Positions 40,352 to 54,372 of a stretch of 64,000 nt of DNA are shown here, piece by piece. Below the pieces are notes generated by a model. The model was not told the origin of the DNA. It saw only the letters and a program-made list of their open reading frames with translations, and made no database searches. Source of the DNA: Eledone cirrhosa (taxonomy: Eukaryota); assembly GCA_964016885.1 (NCBI GenBank), contig OZ024745.1, positions 15,438,001 to 15,502,000 on the forward strand, read 5' to 3'. Positions within the stretch are counted from its first letter, which is position 1, and every line of letters begins with the position of its first letter. The position numbers were made by a program, and so were the translations under genes.

Positions 40352-40597
40352 CTACCCACCTGGGTAGTTATGGGGTTTGAGGGCGAGGTCAGTCCTACGC
40401 AATCTGTGTTTGTATGCGGTTACCAGTTCGTCTTTCTTGTTTAGGAGTTGGTCCTTCGAAAAGAGCATTTGTAATGTTTCCTCCGAGCATAAGTTACACG
40501 GACGGCGTCCTCCCGTGTAAGAGTTAGCTCTGGACAGTAAGCTCCAAGTGAGATTGTAGGTTATATTATTATCTTGGAGGTCCCAGATGTGGCCCGA
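40352..40597 (-). pseudogene. C-terminal part of a PLE GIY-YIG endonuclease (Naiad/Nematis-like)
   Basis: SGHIWDLQDNNITYNLTWSLLSRANSYTGGRRPCNLCSEETLQMLFSKDQLLNKKDELVTAYKHR..* matches the IW.L...W.....A..Y....C.LC..E....LN...E....H pattern. Confidence 0.85.
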
Positions 40598-40995
40598 ATG
40601 TTTTTGTATCAGTTTTGTTACTACTTAATTTCTACAAGTTTTTTTCTATTCTCAACTTATTAACCTGTAATTGTAAGATAGCATAGGGATTTTTTTATTC
40701 ATTTCTCACTATCTAATTTTATTTTTTTTTTTTCTTTCTATTATCTTTTATTGTCTCCTACTCTCATTCGATTTACCTATTCTATAACCTCCCTCCTCCA
40801 CCTCATACACTATCCTTAGAATCTGCTGTATACATATCACTTTCAACGCTTGACCGCTCCACTCACTCCCCTATTGTTCTACAGGCAAGTTCAGCCACCC
40901 CTACCTCCCACCAAATGTCATGATAGACTTATTTGTGTTTACAAAAAAGTTTAACCAATCCTCTTGACAACTACAATCTTCCCATATAAGGAAGT

Positions 40996-41089
40996 ACCCC
41001 CTTGACAAGTTCGGCTATTTATTCACCAGGCTAAAAATTCTTTAGTCCAGAAATAGCCGTCGAAACGGCTTGAGCTCTGCCGTCGGGGT
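40996..41089 (+). ncRNA. Type I hammerhead fold with U3-A8 core variant (second copy at 39572-39668 on minus)
   Basis: CCCC-TTGACAA-[G..CGGCTATTT...AAATAGCCG.C]-GAAA-CGGC-TTGAGCTCT-GCCG-TC-GGGG; GUC triplet. Confidence 0.75.
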
Positions 41090-41180
41090 CCTACTTTTTC
41101 CTATTTCCCACTCTACTACCCTAAGTATTGAGTACTCTGGTGCGTTATGGTCCAACTGGTTCCTTACCACAATTCCTTTG

Positions 41181-41248
<68 letters not shown>

Positions 41249-41290
41249 ATGTGTGAGTGTGTATATATATATTTTTATATATATAGTGTA

Positions 41291-41325
<35 letters not shown>

Positions 41326-41595
41326 GTCTATGCGTGTGTGTGTGCGTACATATACAAAAATAACGTTTTTTAACGTAAAATAATGTAAAATTGTATTTAT
41401 GACATTATACGTATCTCAGTGACATGGTGGGTAGTTATTATGTAATGCTTACATCGGTAACTGGCAACGGTGTAACATCAACAGATGTTAACACAATTAT
41501 GTGAATGATGTCGTTATGTTGATACGTCGCAGGTAAAAAGGTTGTGTCGTGGTGTAGATCCAGCAAACACACACACACACATATATATATATATA

Positions 41596-41698
<103 letters not shown>

Positions 41699-41905
41699 GA
41701 GAGAGACATACAGACAGATAGAGAGACGGAGATGATTTGGGAGAGAAGGAGAGAGAAGTGAATGGAAAGAGAGAGGCTGAGAGGAAAACAAAGAGAGAGT
41801 GTACGGCTGAAGGCGTGTACGTGTGTGTGTGTGTGTGTGTGTGCGTGTGTGTGTTAGTGTGTGTGTGTGTGTGTGCGTGTGTGTGCATGTGTGTGTGTGT
41901 GTGTT

Positions 41906-41936
<31 letters not shown>

Positions 41937-42179
41937 TTCACGAACGGGCAGGCTTTTGCTTGGCTCTATGTCAGTGTAAAGCATGTGAATGAGAGTGTAG
42001 TTAAGTGTTTCAAATTTGATGTTATTAAGCCTAGAAATTGCTTCAGGCTTCCCTGCCAAAGCACAACGGCAGCATCAAGCAATCGCTGTAAAACAACAAT
42101 AATTATGTAAAAAGCTGCCATGAAATTGTTACTGTGTATAAAAATAACAATAAATATAAATACCTATACGTATGCAACT

Positions 42180-42279
<100 letters not shown>

Positions 42280-43038
42280 TACATGTATATATGTATTTAT
42301 ATATACACATATAAATACACGTATATATATATATATGTGTATATATGATAGGTGTATGTGTGCATATGTTGGCGTATGTATTTTGTGTGTATGAATCTGC
42401 GTAGGTGTCTGTTGTGTATACCTATGCATATATATATATACATTTGTATATATTAAATCTTGTAACTCGATGTAATATTACAAGGATAGAGAACGATGGT
42501 GGCTGGTTTATTTTGAGATTAAATACATTTATAAAGTAGAAGTTACATGCTGTGTTAGAAGATTTACTGACACACACCGCGGCAGTACAGCTAGCTAGTA
42601 GTATATTTACAACTGAAGCCACGTCATAAATCTCTCTAGCATTAACGCACAAATAAACACACTTTGACGTGTGCGCTCGTTTATATTGGCGCCTTATCTT
42701 GTATGTTTGTGTGGAAAGCAGATGCCTGCAGTTAAGATAAATACAAGAACATAGCAAAGTAAATATTTCCAGCTAATCATTAGAGTGTAACCCAATGCTA
42801 ATCCATATAGTTGGATACAAACAAAAAAAGAAGAGAATATGCCAAAATCCGTTTTCAAAAAAAGATAGATAACTTACAGGAATAAATATATGCATAACCT
42901 GGCTATTTTTATTGAGAGCCACATTTTAATCTGCATAAGTTTTTGGCAGCATAAAACTTCAGACAGTCTTTAAGATATATACAAACTAAAGTCCGTGTGT
43001 ATGTACTTATATGTGTGTGTATATGTGTTTACACTCAC

Positions 43039-43101
<63 letters not shown>

Positions 43102-44039
43102 ATTATATATATATATATACATGTATGTATGTGTATGTGGGGTGTTTATGTATTCATCTTCAGAGAGAGAAAAAGAAGAAAGGGAGTGAGAGGCAAAGAA
43201 GCATACATGCCGACATCAATCGATTTAAAAACAAAAAGAAGTCATTGACCACAAAACAATGTGATTTTCTCGTCAGGTTTGACATCTTTGGAGATTCCCT
43301 TTAGTTCCATTTACACGATTTATGCTTGCTTAAACGGTTTACAAACTTGAACATTGCATAGCTCGAAATGCTAGGTTTATTGAGTTTATACTTGATCTAA
43401 GAAATATTAGCCGTAGCTTAAAGGTTTTGCTTTGTGCTACTGGAAATATCACTGTATACTCTAAAACTAGACATACGTTGCTGGATAAAAATATATGTCT
43501 AAATCCGGAGAACTGTAAATGGTGTGGTGGTTGTGAAACATGTAATTAGACTGGGAATAGAGGTCGATTGCTACAGACAGCAAACACTTGATTTATACAA
43601 ACAAAAAGATACCAGTTCTCTGGGGTAACAACCAATATCTTACACTAAACTACATTTTCTCAATGATAATTAAACTGATTGAGAATGAATTACTCTGGTA
43701 CATAGAAATATGATGGTTATAGTGTAATAGAAAGTTATATTAAGATAAATTGTTAAACACATGTGTAGTTAGTTGCTATTCGAAGAATGCAGTGTTTCTT
43801 CAACAACATATTAGAATCTATAGGTAAACTGCATGAGACTACAGAACATATGGTGATCTTATGTCGGAATGACGGAATAGTATTATTTATCTCCACTCTC
43901 ATTTAAGTATTCTCTCCAATTACACCGACTATATGAGAAATGTTCAAATAATGTAAATACGACTTTTGCTATAAAATCTGTTTTACCGTAAAATTAAATG
44001 AGAGTGATTTTACTGTTTTATAATACTAGCGACTACTTG

Positions 44040-44318
44040 GTTTGGTCTGGAAGAAACTCAGAAACTACATGAATATGTATAGGGAGGGGACTCCAGTGGC
44101 TTAACGGTCTCGTATACAAGGATTGAGGCCCCGAAGACACTATCTTGAAAAGAGACGTGTGTGTTGACAGTGTCTGAGTAAAGGTTGTTTAAGACCAGCC
44201 ATCTCTGAAAAGCAAAGAAAAGGTAGAAGGAAGAAATAATATAATGGAGGGGTTCCTTCTTGGAAATAGGACACCATGTTGAGTATTTCCAAATATTGGG
44301 TACCCTGAGAGAAAGGGG

Positions 44319-44382
<64 letters not shown>

Positions 44383-45000
44383 AATAGGGGATAGCTCTGA
44401 AGCGCATCTTTTTTAGAGTAATGTTTGGAACGTTGTCGGTTCCTGTGGCCGACCGGTGATGCTGCCGTACTTGGTGCTTATGTGAGTATCAAGGTGAACC
44501 TTGGTGAAGGGATAGAAATGGATAGGTTCACCCAGAGAACTGTTTATATACCCATCATGGTTAGAAAGTGATGAAACACTTCCGCTAAGTTAATAGCAAT
44601 ACTTCAAGTAAATGACGAAAAGGATCGGTGAACATAATGATTTGTGAGTTTCGTAGAGAGGAGGTTCAGTGTCTATCGTAGACCCTCTAAGGTAGGGACA
44701 TGATGGGATTAGTGGATTTTAAACGGGGTTAATATTCATTTATAATTCTTACTGTTCTTTGTATTATAGACTGAGTTCATAAACTAAAATAAGATGGGGA
44801 AGGAATGTTGAAGTTTGAAGTACCAGTAAGAGACTGGGTGTATATAGAAAACAGGAAGGTCATCGTGGTATAGAATCTGCAAAGTCAGAGGATGCATTCG
44901 AACGAGGTGGGCCACAGTTTGCAACGTTTTAGCGACTTGGGAACGCATTTCATTTGGATATTATCTAGAACATATGTATCTGGTGGCTGTTTAGTGTTCG
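44040..45000 (-). pseudogene. Heavily decayed CR1/L2/Jockey-group LINE RT fragment split by (GA)n
   Basis: Minus-strand pieces around 44250-44450 read ATGTDNVPNITLKK/CASELSP and PNIWKYS..PISKK, resembling the KA.GPD.IP..LK.CA.EL..P..WK.A...PI.KKG start of RT; boundaries approximate. Confidence 0.5.
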
Positions 45001-45676
45001 ATATGTCGATGTTACTTGAAGGCAGATTTCAGTTTTACAGAAAGTTTTGATGGATGTATAATAATACACCCATCAAAACTTTTCCAGCAACATCTAATAT
45101 GTTTTTTAGGAAATGTTGAAAAAGTTCTGAGTAGGAAGAAAAAAACTTTGTTTTTTGGACTCAATTTAATAGCAAATAGATAACCGGCTTAGTCATTATG
45201 TTTGTAGCAAAACCATCCGAGAATCATTAACTAGGTTATATTTGTGATTTTCGTTCAGTTTCTAAATTGTTCATGATAATTATTCACTATTCTTTCAAAG
45301 CGAAACTGACTTTGTAATTTGCATAAGCATATTTTCCTTAGATTACTTTTCACCTCTTCTGTTATTACCACATTGTACTTTCTTTGTTTATCTATCGTTC
45401 TTTTCACCTGATCAGCCATTACCTCTAATTGTATCTACTTCGCTTTAGTTTTATCTTCTTCTTTTGGTTAATAATATTTCTAATGAAAAGAATTATAATG
45501 AGCAATCGTTTAAAAACTTTAAATAATTCCATTATCTTTCTAAATTAACCAAATTTTCGTAAGCCATCATTTTCGAAATGTGAATGTAAAAATTGCCAAA
45601 TTAAAAAACGTTGTATTTCATTTTTTTCACTTTATCTGCCTAGAGCTTCTCATTAACCAGAAACTCTAAACCTTTT

Positions 45677-45717
<41 letters not shown>

Positions 45718-45743
45718 CATATATATATATACTGTATAAATAA

Positions 45744-45794
<51 letters not shown>

Positions 45795-45896
45795 CATACG
45801 TGAGTATATATAATATGTATATACATATGTATTTGTATATTTAGGTATATATAGATATAGATATATGTGTGTGTGGGTGTGTGTGGGTGTGTGTGT

Positions 45897-45964
<68 letters not shown>

Positions 45965-46127
45965 GCGTGTGGGGGGGGGCGTGTGTGTGTGTGTGTGTGT
46001 GTCGTTGCCTTTAGGAAAGCTTTGGGAAAATTTGCAATTTGAAATGTAGTCACCCCAACACAGAAATGACCATAATAATTATTGAGCATTATAAATAATA
46101 GTTGAGAAAATCTGGTATAAAACCACA

Positions 46128-46350
46128 CCAGATTTCTTCCAGAGAAGAATAGAGAGAATGAGGAAATAGAAGTGAGAAAGAGATATAGAGGGAGAACCGA
46201 CTCCAGTACTAAACTGGTACTTATCGACCTCGAAAGGAAGAAAGGTAAAGCTGGCCGCGACCCGATTTGAACTGAGAGAGCAGAGAACCGGAAGATACCA
46301 GACTGTATCCTATCCGACGTTGTAACGTTCCTGTAAATTCGCTGCATCCG
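46128..46350 (-). mobile_element. SINE family A with pyrimidine-rich tail
   Basis: Reverse complement has CTCAGTTCAAATCGGGTCGCGGCCAGCTTTACCTTTCTTCCTTTCGAGGTCGATAAGTACCAG and the shared tail. Confidence 0.7.
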
Positions 46351-46750
46351 CCATAGAATGCCTCAAAAAGTTGAAGCTTTCTTTAGATGATTTCACAGGA
46401 ACTCCTTACATAAGAAATATTTGCTTTCTTCCTATGGATTACAGCATCCAAACCTACAGTTAGCGTGTGTGTGTAATGTAGTCATCCCAACACAAATTAC
46501 CATAATAATAGTGGATCACTATAAAGAATACTTGAGAATATCGAATACAGTATCTCGATGAGACAGAAAAATGGCAAAAAGTACTTGGAACTAATTGAAC
46601 CCAGTGTTTCTCGGGGAAAATATGAAAAATGTGTGCATCCCATACACACGCACATACACACATATACATATATATATATATATATATATATGTAGATGTG
46701 TATGTGCGTATGTATATATATACATATATATATATGTATGTATAAATATA

Positions 46751-46835
<85 letters not shown>

Positions 46836-46862
46836 GTATAAATATATATATGTATATATATG

Positions 46863-46913
<51 letters not shown>

Positions 46914-46950
46914 GTGTGTGTGTGTGTATGTATGTATATATATATATATG

Positions 46951-46999
<49 letters not shown>

Positions 47000-48074
47000 C
47001 AGTTTAAGTCACTGAAAATATATTTATCTCGAGAAGAAATACGTTTAATATTGAAGGAGAGGAACGAGACCGATCACTCCCCTAAAATGTGATTATCTTT
47101 CGAGATTTAAACGACTGTATGATATATTATTGAGTCACATGGTAATCTTATTCAGCGTGTCTTATCTGACATGTTGTGGTGACAATCTGCTTTAGTTGGA
47201 GATTTTATCACTTAATGATTACATTCTATTTTCCTAATTACTTCTTCTGCATCTACTTCAATCTACTTCTCCTGCAGCGATTGTGTTTAATTTACTAATA
47301 GAATACTACGAAGAATATCATTGTAATGTGACTGGTTAAGTGGTGATCACTTAGTTTGTGAAAGTCAGGTCAATCCCAAATGGATGCTGAAACTAATTTC
47401 TTTTCGGCTGTTAAAAGGCTGAAATATTATTGCAAACTAAAAAAAAATAACATATCATATAGTATTAGTGATTTGAACGTGAGATAGCTGGATTGAATGT
47501 TGGTGATTTGGGATTAGAATAAATTGATTTTGAGAAAGATCTCTAATACCAGTTTCTGTAAACGGTTAATGACAGGAGTAACTTAACAACGAGATAATAA
47601 GGTGAATTGATAAAGGGTTGTGAGTTATCAGTCCATAAAATATCACTGGTGCTGCGCTGTGTTTGCCATCAAAACTCTTAATCTCTTTATTCCAGTCCAC
47701 TTAACTCTAAATAGGTAACCACAAAAGTACAGCTTTCCATTGAAAGCAACAGTTGTACCATAATCATTAGTTCATGGAGTTGAAACTAATACACACCAAC
47801 ATATATATTTATGTATATATACACTAAATTAATTTTTGTATACAGATATACAGTAAATTAATAAATACCAACATGTATATTTGTGTATATATACAGTAAA
47901 TTAATAAACACCAAGAAATGTATTTCTGTATATATTCACTAAAGTAATAAAAACCAAACAGTATATTTCTCCATATATATACACTAAATGAAAACTGGTT
48001 CCTCATCTCTTTGGGTTCTAGAGCTCTGATATGAAATAAAAATATATTATGACTATAAGTATTTTGATGTAACA

Positions 48075-48222
48075 TTGACGCATAGAGTTACGGCCCTTTC
48101 AAATCTGAGTTCAAATCCCGCCGAGGTTAACTTTTCCTTTCATCCTTACTAGGTCGATAAAATAAAGTACCAGTAATGCACTGGGTAATTGCTGACCTTG
48201 TGCCAAAAGTAGAAACAATTAT
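48075..48222 (+). mobile_element. SINE family A, 5'-truncated
   Basis: CTGAGTTCAAATCCCGCCGAGGTTAACTTT...GGTCGATAAAATAAAGTACCAGTAATGCACTGGG...AGTAGAAACAATT; further partial copies at ~21150-21280, 49880-49985, 54718-54790, 59403-59535, 59735-59775 and 60578-60660. Confidence 0.75.
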
Positions 48223-50324
48223 ATTAGTAGAAAGTTCCTATTAATGCTTCTGGGGAGAAAGACAATTTCCTATTATCTAAATGGATTCTTTTAGATCATA
48301 ACAAGCAAGGAAACCCGTTTTGAAGTGTTGGCACTTTGATGCGAAGACGTGCAGGGAGAAATTAAAAACAGATTCTAAAACGGAAGATTTTGTAGGCGAC
48401 ATACATCTGCTAAGATTAAACTCGGGATTTCTGTTGCCATGCCAACAAGATTTCAATCAACTTCTAGAAATTCTCATAAATTGATTTTCATATCATTTTT
48501 ATTTTATATGATACTCGGAGAAAGAGGAGGGGGGTGATGAGGAGGAGATTGAGGAGAAAAGGACATGCCTAATCAATCTGCTGGTCTCCATATGTTTTTT
48601 TGGGGGGGGGCGTTAATGCGCAATTTCAATATCTTTATGTCGATGTCTAGGGAGAAGTTTTGAGGATTACAGTTCTTCTGCGGATGACAGATTTAATGAT
48701 GTGTTTGGTGTCAAGATTCGGGAGTAAAACATTGTAAAAATGATGAAAAAAACAGAAACGAAGGAAATTGATGTTCTTGAGTAGTGAGGGTTTGCAGATA
48801 GCAATGGACTTCAAAGAGAAAGAAATGACATGTCTGTAAGCTAATGGTTTGTGGAATATGTTTCTTTCATAACTATTTGAAACTCCACTGTAAATCAGTC
48901 TTGTCTTCTTTTCATCCTACCTCCTCCCTATTCCTTTACCCTATTCCTTTCCTCTTTTTTACTCCCTCACATCACAGTTTTCGTTCCACTCTTCCTCTTT
49001 TCTCTTCTTCTCTTCCTGTTTCTCCTCATCAACCCCTCCTCTAACCAGTATATATATTGATAAAATCCGCAGCACTTTAATATGTATCTTCTGATGAAAC
49101 TTAGCGAATACATACTTTGCTAAAACACTGTGGCCATGTTGCAAGATTATGAATGAATCAATTTATGCAATGCTCTGTGAGTTATTACAACCACAAGATC
49201 GGAACCAATTAAATATATACATATATATATATGGGGGGCGTGTGTGAGTGTGTATACATACATATATACATACATACATATATACATGCATATATGCATA
49301 CATACATACATACATACATACATACATACATACATACATACATGTGTGTGCGTGTGTGTGTGTCTATGAATGTATGCATGAAAGTGTACACCAGTATTTG
49401 TTTATGTTACTGTAGTTGTGTCTTTGTCACTATTCTATCCAGGAATGTATAACCGTTGGAGAAATTCCCTTATCAATGAATTATTTATTATTGTAGTGGA
49501 ATGAAGTTACTAAAAAACAATATCCTAATGAAGCTTAAATCTCAGAAACAACTCTCGGTGGCCCAGCAGTCATTTAGAATATATTGTATTTGTAGAGTAT
49601 CATGAAAGTAAGGAGATTTCGTATTATGTGAATTGTGAAAGGAGGGAAAAAGGGATAGAATTACGAAGCATACTCAGACATTAGCTCAGAGAATACAAAA
49701 TGCGGAATGTTACAGACCGAATCATAGATACGAAAGTGGTTCCATCGATGTCTGCTAAAGTGATTCTAATTTCCTCATGTCAGCGGCTTATAAAATGAAA
49801 TTATCGCCTCCGAGAGACCAAAATTGGAATTCTTATTAACAACTTTATTCAGGACCGATGTATGAATATTCAGTTGATTAGGAAGAATCGTTAGAATTTT
49901 GGATATTTGTTCCATGCTAGATATCTACGTTCTGAGTTCAAATCCCGCTGAGGTCCACTTCGCCTTTCATCTTCTCGCGGTCGACAGATGACGGAGCAGC
50001 TCAATGTTTGTGCAGCCCTCTCTTCCTTCTGAACATTCTGCCGGACCAGGGGTGATATATTTCGAGGTGTCTGTGTCTGCTCGTGACGGCATGGTAACCT
50101 TAAACCCTTACCACCGAGTCACACTCGATTAAAATGACGGCTGTAGTTTTCATCTATTAGTAACCTATAATAATTTTTGGGGGGGTTGAGGATTTGTTAG
50201 GAACCAAAAGTGGCAGTTGATAAAGCTCGAGAATGTAAAGATAATAACAGGCTACAAGAGAGAAAGAGAGAGAGACCCCTTTGATCACAAAAGACCTAGA
50301 AACTTCCCCTCCGAGGTACAAAGT

Positions 50325-50586
50325 CTGGGCAAGGTTATTTGTGGAAGACCAGCAGTTGCCCATGTATAACAGAGTCTCCTCTCCACGCCACAGATGTCAA
50401 AGAAGAAGCAATGGCTGATAAAGTTCAGCACCTGTGCCGGGGCAACCCATTTCTACAGCTGAGTGAACTGGAACAACGTGAACTAAGTATCATGCTCAAG
50501 GACACAACACATAACCGGTCCGGGATTCGAACTCACAATCTGATGATTGTAAACCCAACGCTTCAACCACTAGGTCATTTGCCTTC
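50325..50586 (-). mobile_element. tRNA-derived SINE, family B, full length
   Basis: Reverse complement: GAAGGCAAATGACCTAGTGGTTGAAGCG...GAGTTCGAATCCCGGACCGG...CCTTGAGCATGATACTTAGTTCACGTTGTTCCAGTTCACTCAGCTGTAGAAATGGG. Confidence 0.8.
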
Positions 50587-51267
50587 ATAGGCTACTAGCG
50601 ATATGATAAAAGTATGAGATTGTTTCATGCAAAGTAAATTCTATTGTAAGATATCAGATAGACATATGCATTAACGGAATGCTGGTATAATATGTATTAT
50701 GATGGACTTGCAACGGTTCTGGTGACTAGAATTCCAATTGTTTGATCATCGAAACAGCAGCAATGTGACCCAGCATTCCACTGAGTTTTTAATATATTTA
50801 TAATCTTTTTTACAGAAAAATACATATAAAACAATAAAGAAACGAAGAATAGAAGAAAAAGAAAAGAAATGAAAAGAAATTAAGCAACGAAAGGAAGAAA
50901 AGATGGGGGGGGGGGGTTCAAGGGGATTCAATGTGAGACATTCTGGGATAAAGCTGGTCCCTAGAAGTAATTCACCTTTGCCGAGTGATATCCAACTCAC
51001 AAACTTAGGTTCCTCTGCCAAACATCTTAACCACTGTCGCAAATCTTCTTTGTTAAAATATAAACAATGGCGTATTACACAGTAATAAGTCTGCTTCTCT
51101 TTTTTTATTATTTTTTAGTCGTTTCTTTTCTGTTTTTTTTTAGAATGAAAGATGATAAAATAATTGGATTGTTAGAAATGATGGGAATAAAATAGTTATT
51201 TTAGAAAGGAGAAAAGTGAAAATCAAATGCTAAGTAGTAGATCTTTTTAGTATATATATATATATAT

Positions 51268-51329
51268 ATGCATGTATACATACATATACACATACACGTA
51301 TATATTTATATATATTATATTTCTCTCTC

Positions 51330-51365
<36 letters not shown>

Positions 51366-51625
51366 CAATATATAGGAAAATGTATGACCTCGACGGCAGA
51401 GCTCAAGCCGTTTCGACGGCTATTTCTGGTGCGTTATGGTCCTTCTGGTTCCTTACCACAACTCCTTCGTTATATATATATATATATATATATATATACT
51501 GAAGAGGTCATAAATTTTCCTATATACTGTATGTATATATATATATATATATATACAGAGAGAGAGAAAGATAATATATATAAATATATACGTGTATGTA
51601 TGTGTATATGTATCTATACATGCAT
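51268..51625. repeat. Inverted duplication of microsatellite-rich DNA around a deleted piece of the 39480-41182 PLE family
   Basis: 51268-51391 versus 51504-51625 are reverse complements; 51386-51472 matches ~39571-39614 fused to ~41136-41182. Confidence 0.8.
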
Positions 51626-51652
51626 AGATAGATAGATAGATAGATAGATAGA

Positions 51653-52015
51653 TTTCTTTATTAGCCACAAGGGCGCAACAAGAAAGGGGACAATACAAAG
51701 ACATGCCGGGGATTTTACATACAGTCGTGTAAAAAATATAAAAGCAAACAATTTCAACAATCGAAATCCCCAATATCGGGGAGGCGCCACAAATGGGTTG
51801 TTTAATACCCCGTCGATAGAACAACCCTCAACTCAAGGAGCGTGTTGTGCAAGTGCTCCTTTCTTCCTTTTGCTCTCTTCCTCAACCTACAGGCTTATAA
51901 ACAGAGAAGGCCCAATCACTCGGGCCATTTTCGCTTCATTCACCCACCTTTCAGTAAATTTACTGGGGTGCAGTGCCTCTCTCTCCACCCTGATTCTCCT
52001 TCTAAAGTGATACTT

Positions 52016-52018
<3 letters not shown>
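51653..52018 (-). mobile_element. 3' end of a Tx1/L1-like LINE inserted in (GATA)n
   Basis: Minus frame FKYHFRRRIRVEREALHPSKFTERWVNEAKMARVIGPSLFISL* then a ~230-nt UTR ending AATAAAGAAA; both junctions are (TATC)n tracts; clade assigned by resemblance of the R.R.E...F..RW tail. Confidence 0.6.
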
Positions 52019-52088
<70 letters not shown>

Positions 52089-52577
52089 CAGATAGATGTG
52101 AGTATGTGTATGTGTGAGTGCATACACCCATATGTGTTTATATGTGTTTGTGTACGTTTCATATGTATACGGTGTGAAAGTTTAAAACATATTAACTCCC
52201 AGAAACCTTTCAGAATAAATTAATCATTAAATTTGTAGCTTAAGAGATTAAAGACGATTAACACACAAAACATGTTTCCATCTTACTTACTTACTCCAAT
52301 GTAAGATTCTTGTATATATGGAAATGAAAAAGGAATTAATGAGAAATAGTATATGATGTGAAAGAGGGGTGAGTTCTACTCCATGTCTTCTACTAGAATA
52401 TCCTCTTACTTAGACTTATGTATAGTAGATGTTAGATATTAGATATGTATTTCACTCGAAACTTACTGATAACTTATCTCGGCATCTGTATATACACTCA
52501 ATAATATGACACCTGATGATACCTGTATCTTAAACACTGAGTAGGTTTCTACAGATTATAGAAAGGAAGAGGGAGAG

Positions 52578-52655
<78 letters not shown>

Positions 52656-52674
52656 ATATATATATAATATATAT

Positions 52675-52836
<162 letters not shown>

Positions 52837-53160
52837 TATATATATATATATATATATAGTAATAATAATAAATTTGAAGACTAAAATCCAAAGAGGGTTA
52901 GATAAGGATAAATGTATATTATATCAAATATATAAGAACCGTAGAGCAAATATTTATTAAGATAACAGATTAAAGTCTAACCAAAGAATCGCTGCTTTCA
53001 CCCTTAACGAGATCTTCTGAAATTAAAAAAAATCAATCTGTGAACGCAGAAGTAAATATCTCGAAAAACGTTCCAATCGAGGGAGAAGAGGAAAATGATA
53101 CTTTGGTCGTGAAGACATACGGGTAAGGTATACTTACCTATACAAATAAGTAATGGTATA

Positions 53161-53218
53161 AACATTAAATATACTTAGCTACCACGGCAAGACGTGGTAG
53201 CTAAGTATATTTTATGTT
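53161..53218. repeat. Short near-perfect hairpin next to (TA)n
   Basis: AAATATACTTAGCTACCACG-gcaaga-CGTGGTAGCTAAGTATATTT. Confidence 0.9.
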
Positions 53219-53226
53219 GAGAGAGA

Positions 53227-53287
<61 letters not shown>

Positions 53288-53305
53288 GTATATATATATA
53301 TATAT

Positions 53306-54040
53306 TTATACTTTGGGAGGGTCATGTTGCCAATAAGAAACACACGCACCAGTTGCTTTCACTTCAACTTATTATAAATTAAATTTAGAAATTTAGAAAT
53401 TTAGAAATTTCCGATTGGTTGGTTGGTTCCACAACCAGACGATTGTTCATATCTTGTCAAAGTTCTTTCGTCACACATTCTGTGACCTCTTCAGTGACTG
53501 GGGATTCTTTTCTTTGTTTTTGTGCTTCTCCTTTGTTCTGTCCTACGCCATTTTGTTTTTGTGTGTGTTGTGTTGCTAGTTTGCGCATATGTTACATCCG
53601 GGTGTCTGTGTGTGTTTATATTTGTTTATTTATTTGTTTATTTACATGTTACTGGTTGGTTGTTTGTTCTATGTGTGTGTGTGTTTTCATTTTCTCCTTA
53701 ATTGTAAGTTGTGATGTTGCTATTCCATTCATGCTTTCTATTTAATTTTGGTTGGAGTTCATTTATGTTTATTGCCTCTGTGATTTGTCTAAACATTTGT
53801 CTAAGACGCAATGTTTAGACAAATCATATGAAATCGTCTGGATGTGAAAGCAACCAACCAACCAACCAACCGGAAATTTATAAATTCCTAAATTTATAAA
53901 TTTAATTTATAATAAATTGCAGTGAAAGCAACAGGTGCGTGTGTTTCTTATTGGCAACATGACCCTCCCAAAGTATAACAATATCGGTTTCAACACACGT
54001 TTTCAGATAAAGAATCTTGCTAAACAAATTCAGAAACGAA
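53306..54040. mobile_element. (TA)n-flanked inverted-repeat element (~155-bp diverged arms)
   Basis: 53306-53457 versus 53817-53978 are inverted; inner hairpin at 53781-53826; a 37-bp piece recurs at ~19208-19244. Confidence 0.75.
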
Positions 54041-54090
54041 ATATATATATACATATGATATATATATATATACATATATATATACATATG

Positions 54091-54121
<31 letters not shown>

Positions 54122-54125
54122 CATA

Positions 54126-54372
<247 letters not shown>

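Noticed and set aside
41400-41435. Kozak-like CCACCATG on the minus strand
   Set aside because: Followed by a stop after six codons and only a weak donor-like site; insufficient evidence.
49088-49115. CTGATGAAAC motif
   Set aside because: No flanking helices can be formed; chance match.
52505-52580. CTGATGA...GAAA near a TA tract as another hammerhead
   Set aside because: A loose stem II is possible, but there is no stem III or stem I partner after GAAA. At best it is a truncated remnant.
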